Below are positions 8,385-17,586 of a stretch of DNA of 60,547 nt, one piece after another. The notes under the pieces are model-generated. The model did not search any database and was not told the origin of the DNA. It saw only the letters and a program-made list of their open reading frames with translations. This DNA comes from Actinomycetota bacterium. Lineage in GTDB: Bacteria; Actinomycetota; UBA4738; HRBIN12. The translations under genes and the position numbers were made by a program. The DNA is taken from positions 1 to 60,547 of the forward strand of contig JBOGVD010000083.1 in NCBI GenBank assembly GCA_050696355.1, read 5' to 3'. Position 1 is the stretch's first letter. Each line of letters opens with the position of its first letter.

Positions 8385-8469
8385 GGCTGATCCCTCCCGT
8401 TCGGATCGCGATCGCAGCTGCTGCCTCAGGTGCTCGAGCTCTTCGGCTCCGCTGAGACCTGATCCCCGC

Positions 8470-9809
8470 TCACGCGCCAGCGAAGTCGGAAGGGCGATCC
8501 GGGTCCGGCGGGCGACGGAGCGGCGCGACCGGATCCACACGCAGCGCGAGGGCGCCGAAGGCGACGAGCGCCACGCCGATCCCCGGCCACAGCAGGACCT
8601 CCCCCTGCACGGGGAACGCCTCGCGAGCGAGCACGGCGAGGCCTCCGGCGGCGGTGACCGCACCCACGAGCGCCCACGCTGTGCCGATGCGCCCGCTTTC
8701 CACGGCGACCGGCCGCTCGGCCCACCGGAACCCGAAGAGGAACGGCAGCAGGCACACGGCACACAGCAGCAGCCACGCCGGCCGGAGCCACCACCACGCC
8801 GCCGACAGGGGCTCGGGCTGCGGCGCGATCCCGGTCGGGAACACCAGCACCGCGGCAAGGACCACCGCGGACATGTTCCAGAGGTAGAAGGTCATGATCA
8901 TCGAGTTCGCCACCGCGACGGCCAGCCAGACGCGAGGACGTTGGAGCCACCGGTTCGCGGCGCCTTGCACCATGAGGACCAGGCCCGTCTGCGCCACGCC
9001 GAGCGCCAGGAGCGCGAGCGACGGCGGGAACGCGTTCGACCGGTCGGCCTTGCTCAGCGTGATCATCGAGACGGGGTAGTCGAACGACGTCGCGAGCACG
9101 ATCAGGGTCGCGAAGCCGGCGCCCAGGAATGCCCACGGTATCCACGGCCGGGCCGTCAACCGCCCATCGCGCCAGAGGAACCCGAGCTCCAGGACGGCGA
9201 GCCAGACGAACGCGTAGTTCGCCACCGAGATCCATGCCTGGTCGAGGCCGTAATGCACGACATCCGTGAAGACCGTTCCCAAGGCGAGCGCGACCACGAG
9301 CGCCGGACCGAACCGACGATGGAGCCCCAGGAGAGCCGGCGCAGCGGCGACCACGAGGACGTAGATCGACAGGAACCAGAGGGGCAGCGCGACCTCCTGT
9401 CCTCCGACCCGCGCCATGCCCGACGGGAGAGCGATCGCCACGGCGAGCATCGGGAGCACGGTCCAGAACGCGACGAACCACAGGGCGGGTCGGAGCAGCC
9501 GCGTGCAGCGAGCGCGGAGCCAGTCGCTGTAGGACTCACCGCGCCTCGTGGCCGACGCCCAGGAGATCGCGTTCGTGTATCCACCGACGAGGAAGAAGAT
9601 CGGCATCACCTGGAAGTCCACGTCGCGATCTGGAGGTCGGGGGCCAGCTCGAGCAGGTTCTCGCCGACGAACTCGCCGTCGCGGAAGCCGAGCACCGCGA
9701 GCAGCCAGTGACCGATCACGACGAGCGCGATCGAGAGGAACCGGAGGAGGTCGACGTAGCGGTTCCGCGTCGCCGGCGTTGCATCGGCAAGCTCTCGCGC
9801 CGAGCTCAC
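8470..9809 (-). pseudogene. Acyltransferase family 3 membrane protein with a -1 frameshift
   Basis: ORF 9606..9809 gives MSSARELADATPATRNRYVDLLRFLSIALVVIGHWLL...IATW. ORF 8470..9855 continues DFQVMPIFFLVGGY... with about 9 more TM segments. The frames join at 9618, where a GG run is one G short. Confidence 0.8.
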
Positions 9810-9856
9810 GACGCGATGCTAGTCCAGCGCGGGTCGATAAGGTCCAGGAGCGCACG

Positions 9857-10426
9857 ATGCCGATCGGAGACGACTTCCCGCAGGTCCTCGACGCCGCCCG
9901 ACTGGGCGCCGACTGGGCGTGGGCTGCCCTCTATCGCGACCTCGTCCCCTCGGCTCGCGGCTACCTGGCTGCGCGCGGCGCGCCCGATCCCGACGACGTC
10001 GTCGGGGAGACATTCCTTCAGATGGTTCGCGACCTCCCGACGTTCGAGGGCGGCGAGCGCGAGCTGCGGGCGTGGGTGTTCACGATCGTCCACCACCGGC
10101 TCCTCGACGCCCGGCGTCGCGAGGCGCGCCGACCCCTCCAGCCCGCCTCCGACGAGGCGCTCGTTCGGGCCGGCGTCCGCGCCGGGGAGGTCGGAGACGT
10201 CGAAGATGAGGCGATGGCCGGTCTCACGGTCGCCAGGCTGCGCCAGCTGGTTGGGAGGCTCTCCGCCGATCAGCAGGACGTGCTCCTGCTGCGACTCTTC
10301 GGCGACCTCGCGATCGCCGATGTGGCCGCGATCGTGGGCAAGCGGCCCGGGGCCGTGAAGGCGCTCCTCCGCCGCGGCCTCGCCTCGCTCCGGAAAGAGA
10401 TCTCGAGGGAGGGCGTACCCATCTGA
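9857..10426 (+). CDS. ECF-type RNA polymerase sigma-70 family factor
   Basis: ATG at 9857 within ORF 9548..10426. Region 2 DVVGETFLQMVR...RAWVFTIVHHRLLDARRRE; region 4 LSADQQDVLLLRLFGDLAIADVAAIVGKRPGAVKALLRRGL. Confidence 0.9.
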   Translation: MPIGDDFPQVLDAARLGADWAWAALYRDLVPSARGYLAARGAPDPDDVVGETFLQMVRDLPTFEGGERELRAWVFTIVHHRLLDARRREARRPLQPASDEALVRAGVRAGEVGDVEDEAMAGLTVARLRQLVGRLSADQQDVLLLRLFGDLAIADVAAIVGKRPGAVKALLRRGLASLRKEISREGVPI

Positions 10427-11349
10427 TGGACCACGGCGCTTACCCAGATGACATGGCCCGGTTCCTTCGCATGAGCGACGAAGACGTGGAGCGCCTGTTC
10501 AGGGGCCTCCCGCCGGAGGACGACGAGGATCTGCGAGACCTCGCCGGCTTCCTGGCGGAGGCGGCCGACACGCTCTCCCGTCCGCCTCGCCGGGATGTCG
10601 AAGCCGAGCACCTGGCGCTGCTCGCCGGGTCGATCCGGACGCGCCCCGCCGGGCTCCGAGGGTCCTCGGAACCGATCACCGCGGAGGCGCCCGTCGCCCG
10701 GCCGACCGAGAGGAAGAGGAGAGGTCTCATGCGCATCCCCGCCGTTCGAAGGACAGCCAAGGTCACCGTCGCCGCGGCCAGTCTTGTCGTCCTGACCGCC
10801 GGGCTCGCCTTCGCCGGCGTCGACCTTCCCGGTACCGCCGCCGAGACGGCGTTCGCGAAGGTGTTGGGAGTGGAGCTGCCGAACCAGGCCGAGGAGCACG
10901 CGGGTAGCGTCCCGGAGGAGCTCCCGGAGAGCGCGGCCGATACGGCCAACGCCGTCCTCGACATGATCTGCGAGTGGCGCTCCGGGGTGGACTGGAGTGG
11001 CTGCGAGTTCGGAGCTACGGTCTCAGCGGCCGCCCGCGGCGAGAGCGAGCCCGACACCTCCCACTGCGAGGCCGGTGGCGCGAGCGGCTCCGTCGCGAGC
11101 GCGGGCTCGGAGAACGCTGCGAAGGCCGCCGAGGGCCTCGAGACGGCGGACGAGGCGTCGGGCGGAGCCGCGTCCGACGGCGCGGACAACGCCGACGAAG
11201 GGCTCCAAACCGGTGACGAGGCGTCGGGCGGCGCCGGATCCGAAGGGTCTGACAACGCCGACGAGGGGCTCGCAACAGCCGAGGATGGGCTCGGCACGGC
11301 CGACGAGGCGACGGGCGGCTCCGTCCCCGGAGGAGTGGGCGGCCCCTAG
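10426..11349 (+). CDS. Putative anti-sigma factor: single-pass membrane protein with an acidic repeat C-terminus
   Basis: The start overlaps the sigma stop (TGATG). One TM segment, VTVAAASLVVLTAGLAFAGV. The extracytoplasmic part ends in 22-aa acidic tandem repeats. Confidence 0.65.
   Translation: MDHGAYPDDMARFLRMSDEDVERLFRGLPPEDDEDLRDLAGFLAEAADTLSRPPRRDVEAEHLALLAGSIRTRPAGLRGSSEPITAEAPVARPTERKRRGLMRIPAVRRTAKVTVAAASLVVLTAGLAFAGVDLPGTAAETAFAKVLGVELPNQAEEHAGSVPEELPESAADTANAVLDMICEWRSGVDWSGCEFGATVSAAARGESEPDTSHCEAGGASGSVASAGSENAAKAAEGLETADEASGGAASDGADNADEGLQTGDEASGGAGSEGSDNADEGLATAEDGLGTADEATGGSVPGGVGGP
11131..11322 (+). repeat. Imperfect 66-nt (22-codon) in-frame tandem repeat, about 2.9 copies
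   Basis: Units at 11131..11196 (EGLETADEASGGAASDGADNAD), 11197..11262 (EGLQTGDEASGGAGSEGSDNAD) and 11263..~11322 (EGLATAEDGLGTADEATGGS). Confidence 0.8.
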
Positions 11350-11396
11350 CCATCCGTCGAGTCGGCTCGTGTTGCGAACGGGATGACCCGCTGGAG

Positions 11397-11547
11397 CTAC
11401 CGGAAGAGGCGGTACTCAAAATGAGTGACGCTGCCGGTCTGGCTTAGGCTCGTCAGCTCGAGATCGACGCGCTGGGAGCATGTCGAACAGCCGACGGCCG
11501 CCGCCGAGCAGGACATCGACCAGCTCGGTCAGACCAGGGCGAGCACC
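11397..11547 (-). pseudogene. C-terminal relic of a RibD_C/DHFR-family gene, frameshifted
   Basis: The minus strand gives GLTELVDVLLGGGRRLFDMLP, then (shifted frame) SQRVDLELTSLSQTGSVTHFEYRLFR*, with the stop at 11397..11399. This resembles the C-termini of the intact paralogs (LIDEYRAMVHPVLVGGGIPFF...VDLELVETSTLSSRVVYLRHRV). No N-terminal part is present. Confidence 0.6.
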
Positions 11548-11573
11548 CGATCATCCCTCTACGCTTCGGCCCG

Positions 11574-12323
11574 ATGGCCGATGACACCTTCGAGGAGGCG
11601 CTCGAGCTCGTGCAGGCTGCGCAAGGCGAGCGCGTGACGCTGAAGCTGATCGGAGGGCTCGCGGTGCGAGCCCTCTGCCCCTCGTTCCCCCCTCGCGGCC
11701 ACGACCGTCAGGACCTCGACTTCGCCTCCACCTCCACCGGCCGCGCAGCGGTGACCCCGTTCCTGGCCGCACATGGCTTCGAGGCGGACGACCACTTCAA
11801 CCAGATCCACGGCCACAAGCAGCTGTACTTCCGGTCGCCGTCCGGCCGCTCCATCGACGTCTTGATCGACCGGTTGGAGATGTGTCACGTGCTCGACTTC
11901 CGCGACCGTCTCGACCGGATGCCCTTCACGCTCGACGTCACCGACCTCCTGCTCACGAAGCTCCAGATCGTGGAGCTGAACGAGAAGGACGCGGCCGACG
12001 TCCTCCAGCTCCTCGGCGCCTATCCGGTTCGCGATGGCGACGCACCCGGCAAGATCGGGCTCGCTCGGTTCGGCGACATCGTGGGGAACGACTGGGGATG
12101 GTGGCGGACCGTCACCTGGAACCTCGAGTGGATCCGGTCGATCGCGACGGGCGACGGAGGTTCGCTCGTGCCGCCCACGCCGCCGTTGGACCCGGTCGAG
12201 CAGCTCGGCGTCCTCCTGACCGAGGCCGAGCGCGTCCCGAAGTCCCCCCGCTGGCGCCTCCGGTCGCTGATCGGCGAACGGGTCCGCTGGTACGAGCTCC
12301 CCGAGGAGGAGCCCCATGACTGA
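11574..12323 (+). CDS. Conserved hypothetical protein (possible nucleotidyltransferase fold)
   Basis: 249-aa ORF with high GC3. LKLIGGLAVRAL...RQDLDFAS is loosely like the GG...DxD motif of pol-beta-type NTases, but the spacing is longer than canonical. 8-nt overlap with the next gene. Confidence 0.55.
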   Translation: MADDTFEEALELVQAAQGERVTLKLIGGLAVRALCPSFPPRGHDRQDLDFASTSTGRAAVTPFLAAHGFEADDHFNQIHGHKQLYFRSPSGRSIDVLIDRLEMCHVLDFRDRLDRMPFTLDVTDLLLTKLQIVELNEKDAADVLQLLGAYPVRDGDAPGKIGLARFGDIVGNDWGWWRTVTWNLEWIRSIATGDGGSLVPPTPPLDPVEQLGVLLTEAERVPKSPRWRLRSLIGERVRWYELPEEEPHD

Positions 12324-13035
12324 CCTCGGCGGGACGGCCGCTCGGAGAGGGCCACGGGTCGTGGACCTCTCGATCCCGGTCGGCCCCGAGACCCAGATCT
12401 ATCCCGGCGATCCCGCGCCGGCGGTGCGGCGGGCCATGACCATCGAGCGCGACGGCGCGAACGTGCTCGCGCTCGAGCTCGGGTCCCACACCGGCACGCA
12501 CGTCGACGCGCCCTTTCATTTCGAGGCCGATGGCGAGCGCCTCGAGGACGTCGGCCTCGAACTCTTCGTCGGACCCGCCGTGATCGCCGACGTGACCGGC
12601 CACGGGGACCGGGAGCCGATCGGCTGGGACGCCCTCTCGCCGTACGCCGACCGGATCCGGCCGGGAACGATCCTCGTCATCCGGACCGGGTGGTCCGAGC
12701 GGTTCTACGGCACGGAGCGCTACTACGACCATCCGTTCCTGACGGCCGCGGCGTGCGAACGCGTCCTCGAGCGAGGCGTCCGCACGCTCGCGATCGACGC
12801 GTTGAACCCGGACGAAACGATCGTGGACGAGACCGAGGAGCGGTGGGATGTCCACCACCTCGTCCTCGGCGCCGGCGGCGTGATCGCCGAGAACCTGACG
12901 AACCTGTCCGCGATCGACTTCGAGGAGCCGCTGCTGTGCCTGTTCCCCCTGCGGCTCGCGGGCGAGGCGGACGGCGCGCCGTGCCGTGCGATCGCGCTCG
13001 ACCTGGCGGGCGCTACTCGACCGGCAGCTCCTTGA
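12316..13035 (+). CDS. Cyclase family protein (kynurenine formamidase-like metal hydrolase)
   Basis: 239-aa ORF. Signature LGSHTGTHVDAPFHF (HxGTHxDxPxH) plus ILVIRTGW and GVRTLAIDALNPD. Confidence 0.85.
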   Translation: MTDLGGTAARRGPRVVDLSIPVGPETQIYPGDPAPAVRRAMTIERDGANVLALELGSHTGTHVDAPFHFEADGERLEDVGLELFVGPAVIADVTGHGDREPIGWDALSPYADRIRPGTILVIRTGWSERFYGTERYYDHPFLTAAACERVLERGVRTLAIDALNPDETIVDETEERWDVHHLVLGAGGVIAENLTNLSAIDFEEPLLCLFPLRLAGEADGAPCRAIALDLAGATRPAAP

Positions 13036-14578
13036 ACGCTTTCGAGATGTCCACGCCCCGGCTGCGCTGCACCGCTCGCGCGATCGCGTAGATCACCAGG
13101 CCGGACGCGAAGATCCCGATGTTCATCCACACGAGGGCTGGACGGCCGTTCAGACCCGCGCTCGGATCGGTCAGGAACGCCCATGCCATGATCGCGAGCG
13201 CGACGACCGAGAGCGCGCCGACGACGCTCACGACCGGGATGCCACCGACGCGCCACCGCACCGGCGACGCCTCGAAGACATCACGCATCCGGAACGGGAA
13301 CACGATCGCGGAGACCGACACCAGCAGGAAGCCGAGGATGAACCCGAAGATCCCGACGAGCGTCGCGAACTCCGGGATCCAAACGAAGGCTGCGAGGGCC
13401 GCGATCGAGCCAGCACCCACGAGCATCAGCGCGTTCACCGGCGTGTGATGTTGCGGATGCACCCGCCCGACCCACGCCGGCATCATGCCGTCGAGCGCGT
13501 ACGCGAGGAAGTTCCGGCTCGCGTTCGTGATCTGACCGGGCAACCAGGTGTAGCTCTGGAACAGGAACGGCACGAGGATCAGCAGAGCGACCAGGACGCT
13601 CCCCGATCCGAAGGCAGCGATCTGCGTGAAGACGAGCCCCTGTGTGGCCGCGAGCTGCCCCATGCGCTCCAGCCCGACCGCCCTGTCCGCCAGCGCCAGC
13701 ATCACGAGCAGGTAGACCGTGCAGACGGTCGCCACGATCGGCATCGACCACAGCTGCAGGCTCTTCGCCCGTTTCACCTCCGAGCCGATGTAGGCCGAGG
13801 ACTGGTTGAAGACGAGGTTGATGTAGATCCACGTGCCCGCCAGGAGCGTCCACTTCAGGCTGAAGGGGCCGCCTCCCGCGAAGCCCGCCTCCCCGGCCGC
13901 TTCGCCCAGACCGCGGAGAGCGGCCTCACCGAGCCCCACGCCGAGCGACGCCGTGATGTCGGCAGGTGACTTGAACAGCCATACCAGCATCACGAGGCCG
14001 ATCCCGCCGAGCGAGATCAGGAACACGACGTTCTGGTACCGGAAGTACGCCCGCAGGCTGCGCGAGAACACGGCCACCAGGAAGACGATCAGCGCGCTGC
14101 CGGCGAGGAACGTCCCCCACGGCGACGCGAACCACTCCCCGAGGTCCGTCATCCACTGGACGCCGGCCATCTGACCGACCGTGACGAACAGTGGCGCGAG
14201 CCCGAACTGCGCGAAGAACGCCGAGGGGACCCCGCCGTAGATGAACCACCAGACCGTGTTGTTCCAGCTCGACATCATCCCGAGCGCCGGGTGCAGCGCG
14301 CGGCTCACGAACACGTAGTCGGCGCCGGACCGAGGCATCGAAGCCGCGAAGAACGCGAACACGAGGCTCGTCGGGATGACGAGGAGGAACGTCAGGATCG
14401 CCGTGAGGTAGAGGTTCGCGCCCGGATAGAACGCCGTCGAGAAGAGGAAGACGAGCGCCGCCATCAATCCGAGCGATACGAAGTTGATGTTGTAGATCAG
14501 GACGTCGAGCGTTCCCGCCTCCCGGACGAGCCCCGACGCGCGCCGCTCGAACGTCGCAGGCGTGGTCTCAGCAGCCAT
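13013..14578 (-). CDS. APC superfamily amino acid/polyamine permease
   Basis: 521-aa ORF with about 12 predicted TM segments. The N-terminal region GLVREAGTLDVLIYNINFVSLG...FFAASMPRSGADYVFVSRAL is typical of APC permeases. Confidence 0.9.
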   Translation of the reverse strand: MAAETTPATFERRASGLVREAGTLDVLIYNINFVSLGLMAALVFLFSTAFYPGANLYLTAILTFLLVIPTSLVFAFFAASMPRSGADYVFVSRALHPALGMMSSWNNTVWWFIYGGVPSAFFAQFGLAPLFVTVGQMAGVQWMTDLGEWFASPWGTFLAGSALIVFLVAVFSRSLRAYFRYQNVVFLISLGGIGLVMLVWLFKSPADITASLGVGLGEAALRGLGEAAGEAGFAGGGPFSLKWTLLAGTWIYINLVFNQSSAYIGSEVKRAKSLQLWSMPIVATVCTVYLLVMLALADRAVGLERMGQLAATQGLVFTQIAAFGSGSVLVALLILVPFLFQSYTWLPGQITNASRNFLAYALDGMMPAWVGRVHPQHHTPVNALMLVGAGSIAALAAFVWIPEFATLVGIFGFILGFLLVSVSAIVFPFRMRDVFEASPVRWRVGGIPVVSVVGALSVVALAIMAWAFLTDPSAGLNGRPALVWMNIGIFASGLVIYAIARAVQRSRGVDISKAFKELPVE

Positions 14579-14659
14579 CGTCCCCCCTCGAGGTCGGCAA
14601 GCACGCGGAGCGTAGCGCAGGACGCCGCTCGCCGCAGCAAGGGAGCGGGCAGTGCGGCC

Positions 14660-14995
14660 CTACGGCTTCACAGGAAGTGAGCGCGCGTAGGTCGCGCCGA
14701 GCGTCACCCACTTCGCGAGCTGGCCCTTGGTCCGCAGGTCCTCCGGCGCGACCCGGAGCCACCCTTGCATCCCCTGGCCGCGCATCTCCATCGGGCGGGT
14801 GTTCGTGGAGGCGACGATCGCGTCCGACCTATCGGGATCGACTCGGACCAGGGCGCCTCCCTGGCCGCTCGCGGCGACGGCCATGTTCCCTCCGATCAGG
14901 AACGCGAGCCCTCCGAACATCTTCCGTTCGGTCACACCGGCTTCGCCGGCGAGGACCTCACAGATCCGATCGGCGAGCGCTTCGTCGTACGCCAC
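14660..14995 (-). CDS. TfoX/Sxy N-terminal domain family protein
   Basis: 111-aa ORF. LADRICEVLAG...ERKMFGGLAFLIGGNMAVAASG...LVRVDP matches the TfoX_N pattern. Confidence 0.8.
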   Translation of the reverse strand: MAYDEALADRICEVLAGEAGVTERKMFGGLAFLIGGNMAVAASGQGGALVRVDPDRSDAIVASTNTRPMEMRGQGMQGWLRVAPEDLRTKGQLAKWVTLGATYARSLPVKP

Positions 14996-15126
14996 GGCCG
15001 CGATCGTACGTCGCCAACGGCCGGGCCGTGCCGGTGGCGATCCTCACTGCCGCGCGGCCCGGTACCACGATCCCGATGTGCTCCACCAGGCGGAACTCGC
15101 CGAGATCCTCGGCGATATCGCCAAGG

Positions 15127-15756
15127 TCACGCCTCCGGCGATCGATCCTCCGCGAACGACCCGGTGACGATCTCGCCCGCCGGCTCGTAGGTCCCGATCA
15201 CAACGCCGGTGGTGGAGACCTTGCTGTCGACGAGCTTCAGCCCTGCGGGGATCGTGCCGTCCGCGAACAGGCGCTTGCCCGAGCCGAGCACGAGGGGGAA
15301 GACCCACAGGTGGTACTCGTCGACGAGCCCGTGGCGCATCAGCGTCTGGGCGAGGTTCCCGCTGCCGTGCACCTGCAGCTCCGGCCCGTCGTCTCCCTCC
15401 TTGAGCGCCGCGACGCCCTCGGCCGCGTCTCCCTCGAGCAGGAGCGCCGGGGTCCAGTCCAGTGCGGGACGGCTCCGTGACGCGACGTACTTCGTGGCGT
15501 CGTTCAATGGCTTGCCGTAGGCCTCCTCGGGGTGGTTCGGCCAGTACCCGGCGAAGATCTCGTAGGTCCTGCGTCCGAGCAGGAGGTCGAACGGCACGTT
15601 GAACTCCTCGGACTTGACCTCGCCCATCAGGTCGTCCCAGTAGTTGACCAACCAGCCCCCGTACGCGAAGCCGCCGCTATCGTCCTCCTCGGGCCCGCCC
15701 GGAGCCTGCATGACCCCATCGAGGGTCAGGAACGTGCTCACGATCAGCTTCCTCAT
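15127..15756 (-). CDS. Dihydrofolate reductase family protein (RibD_C type)
   Basis: 209-aa ORF. MRKLIVSTFLTLDGVMQAPGGPEED...LLLGRRTYEIFAGYWP...LQVHGSGNLAQTLMRHGLVDEYHLWVFPLVLGSGKRLF. ATGA overlap with the dinB-like gene. Confidence 0.9.
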   Translation of the reverse strand: MRKLIVSTFLTLDGVMQAPGGPEEDDSGGFAYGGWLVNYWDDLMGEVKSEEFNVPFDLLLGRRTYEIFAGYWPNHPEEAYGKPLNDATKYVASRSRPALDWTPALLLEGDAAEGVAALKEGDDGPELQVHGSGNLAQTLMRHGLVDEYHLWVFPLVLGSGKRLFADGTIPAGLKLVDSKVSTTGVVIGTYEPAGEIVTGSFAEDRSPEA

Positions 15757-16331
15757 CGCTCGTCTCCCTCCGATGTGATCGGTCGTCTCGACATCGCCTG
15801 AGGTGCCTCCTCGGTTCGGCGTTCGGGCAGCGAGAACCGATACTCCACGATCGGGATGTCCGCACCCAGCTGGTACAGGAGCGTGTTCACGTCCCCGTGG
15901 TGTTGACGCTCGTGCAGCATGACGTGCACGAAGAAGTCCGCGGGGCTGTAGACCCGCGGCTCGCCGTCGACGTTCATCTCCCGCGGCGTCAGCAGCTCAC
16001 CCTCGCCGAGCGAATCGAGGTAGTCACGGGCGTGATCGCGGACGCGACCTCGGTAGGACTCCAGGTCGTCCCACGACTCCACGCGTTCCATCGGCTCGTC
16101 GCTCGTTCCGGCCGGGTCCGCCAGCCAGCGAACGTATGCCCAGTTGATGTGCGCGAGGGCGTCCCGCAGTGCCGGCCAGCCCGAGCCGGGCGCGGGGTGT
16201 GTCAGCACTTCGTCGCCGAGAGGGCGGATCGTGCGCTCGTGTTCGTGCCAGCTGTAGTCCGTGAAGGTGAGGAGCTCGTCGATGGCAGCGCGATCCATGG
16301 GCCGTACGGGAAGATACGACCATCGTGACAT
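15753..16331 (-). CDS. DinB family protein
   Basis: 192-aa ORF. Four-helix-bundle His pattern (HINWAYVRW ... HVMLHERQHHGD). Confidence 0.8.
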   Translation of the reverse strand: MSRWSYLPVRPMDRAAIDELLTFTDYSWHEHERTIRPLGDEVLTHPAPGSGWPALRDALAHINWAYVRWLADPAGTSDEPMERVESWDDLESYRGRVRDHARDYLDSLGEGELLTPREMNVDGEPRVYSPADFFVHVMLHERQHHGDVNTLLYQLGADIPIVEYRFSLPERRTEEAPQAMSRRPITSEGDER

Positions 16332-16341
16332 CCGCGGCTGG

Positions 16342-17586
16342 CTACGACGCCGAGAGCTCCTCGATCTGTTCCTCGAGGAACCGCCGGTCCGTTTCCGTCG
16401 TGGCGAGGTGGGCGGCGCGCTCGAACGCGGCCTTCGCGGCGTCTCGTCGTCCGATCCGGCGCAGCATCGTCCCGCGGGTCGCGTGCATCAGGTGATAGTC
16501 GTCGAGGTCGGGCGCGATCGCGTCGATCGTCGTGAGCGCGGCACCGGGACCCGCGATCTCGGCGATCGCGATGGCTCGATTGAGCGCAACCACCGGGGTG
16601 GGCATCACCGAGAGCAGGTGATCGTAGAGAGCAGCGATCTGCGGCCAGTCGATCGCCTCGAACGAGTCGGCGTCGCAGTGCACGGCTTGGATCGCTGCCT
16701 GGAGTTGGAACGGACCTGGCTGTTCTCGTCGGATGCAGGCGCGAACGATCGCCTGTCCCTCGTCGATCATCGCGCGGTCCCACCTCGTTCGATCCTGATC
16801 GCGCAGGAGCACGAGGGCACCCTCGGCGGCGCGGGCCGGAGCCCGTGACTCGCTGAGCAGCAGCAACGCGAGCAGGCCCGCCGCTTCGGGCTCGTCCGGC
16901 ATCAAGTCGACGAGAGCGCGCGCGAGCCGGATCGCCTCGGTCCGCAACGAGGCCCGATCCGGACCGTCGAGACCGGTGCTGTAGATCAGGTACAGCACCG
17001 ACAGGACCGATCGGAGTCGGGCAGGGAGATCGGCCTCGTCCGGAACCCGATAGGGGATCTTGGCGGCCTTGATCTTGTATTTCGCTCGTACGAGCCGCTT
17101 CGCCATCGCCGACTCACTCACCAGGAACGAGCGGGCCACTTCATCCACGCCCAGCCCGCCGAGCAGTCGCAGGGTCAGGGCGACGTGGTGCTCGGTGCGC
17201 AACGCCGGATGGCAGCACGTGAAGATCAGTCGAAGTCGATCGTCCGTCACGGGTCCGTCCTCCGCCGCTTCCTCGGCGCCGGGGCCGTCTGTTGTGGCTG
17301 CGACCGTTCCGAGCTGTTCATGGAGCTCCCGGCCGCGGGCCGAACGGCGAAGACCGTCGATCGCACGGTTCCGTGCGGTCGTCACGATCCACCCCGCCGG
17401 GTTCGGCGGGACGCCGTCGCGCTGCCACCGGTCGCTCGCCACGACGAACGCCTCCTGAACGGCATCTTCGGCGAGGGTGATGTCGCCGAAGATGCGGATC
17501 AGCGTCGCGACCGCCTGGCCGTACGCCTCACGGAACACATGCTCGACGGCCGTGGCGTCCGCCCGGGAGGGGACGATGCGGGTCAC
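16342..17586 (-). CDS. ECF sigma factor with a long C-terminal TPR-like extension (ECF42-type)
   Basis: 414-aa ORF. GTG start overlaps the YciI stop (GTGA). Motifs VFREAYGQAVATLIRIFGDITLAEDAVQEAF, WIVTTARNRAIDGLRR, LRLIFTCCHPAL, VDEVARSFLVSESAMAKRLVRAK. About 200 aa of helical repeats follow. Confidence 0.85.
   Translation of the reverse strand: MTRIVPSRADATAVEHVFREAYGQAVATLIRIFGDITLAEDAVQEAFVVASDRWQRDGVPPNPAGWIVTTARNRAIDGLRRSARGRELHEQLGTVAATTDGPGAEEAAEDGPVTDDRLRLIFTCCHPALRTEHHVALTLRLLGGLGVDEVARSFLVSESAMAKRLVRAKYKIKAAKIPYRVPDEADLPARLRSVLSVLYLIYSTGLDGPDRASLRTEAIRLARALVDLMPDEPEAAGLLALLLLSESRAPARAAEGALVLLRDQDRTRWDRAMIDEGQAIVRACIRREQPGPFQLQAAIQAVHCDADSFEAIDWPQIAALYDHLLSVMPTPVVALNRAIAIAEIAGPGAALTTIDAIAPDLDDYHLMHATRGTMLRRIGRRDAAKAAFERAAHLATTETDRRFLEEQIEELSAS

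Noticed and set aside
15057-15096. Possible N-terminal relic of a VOC/glyoxalase gene on the minus strand (EFRLVEHIGIVVPG).
   Set aside because: Only about 13 residues match the hLxHIGIVVxD-type motif. That is too short to separate from chance without a database search.
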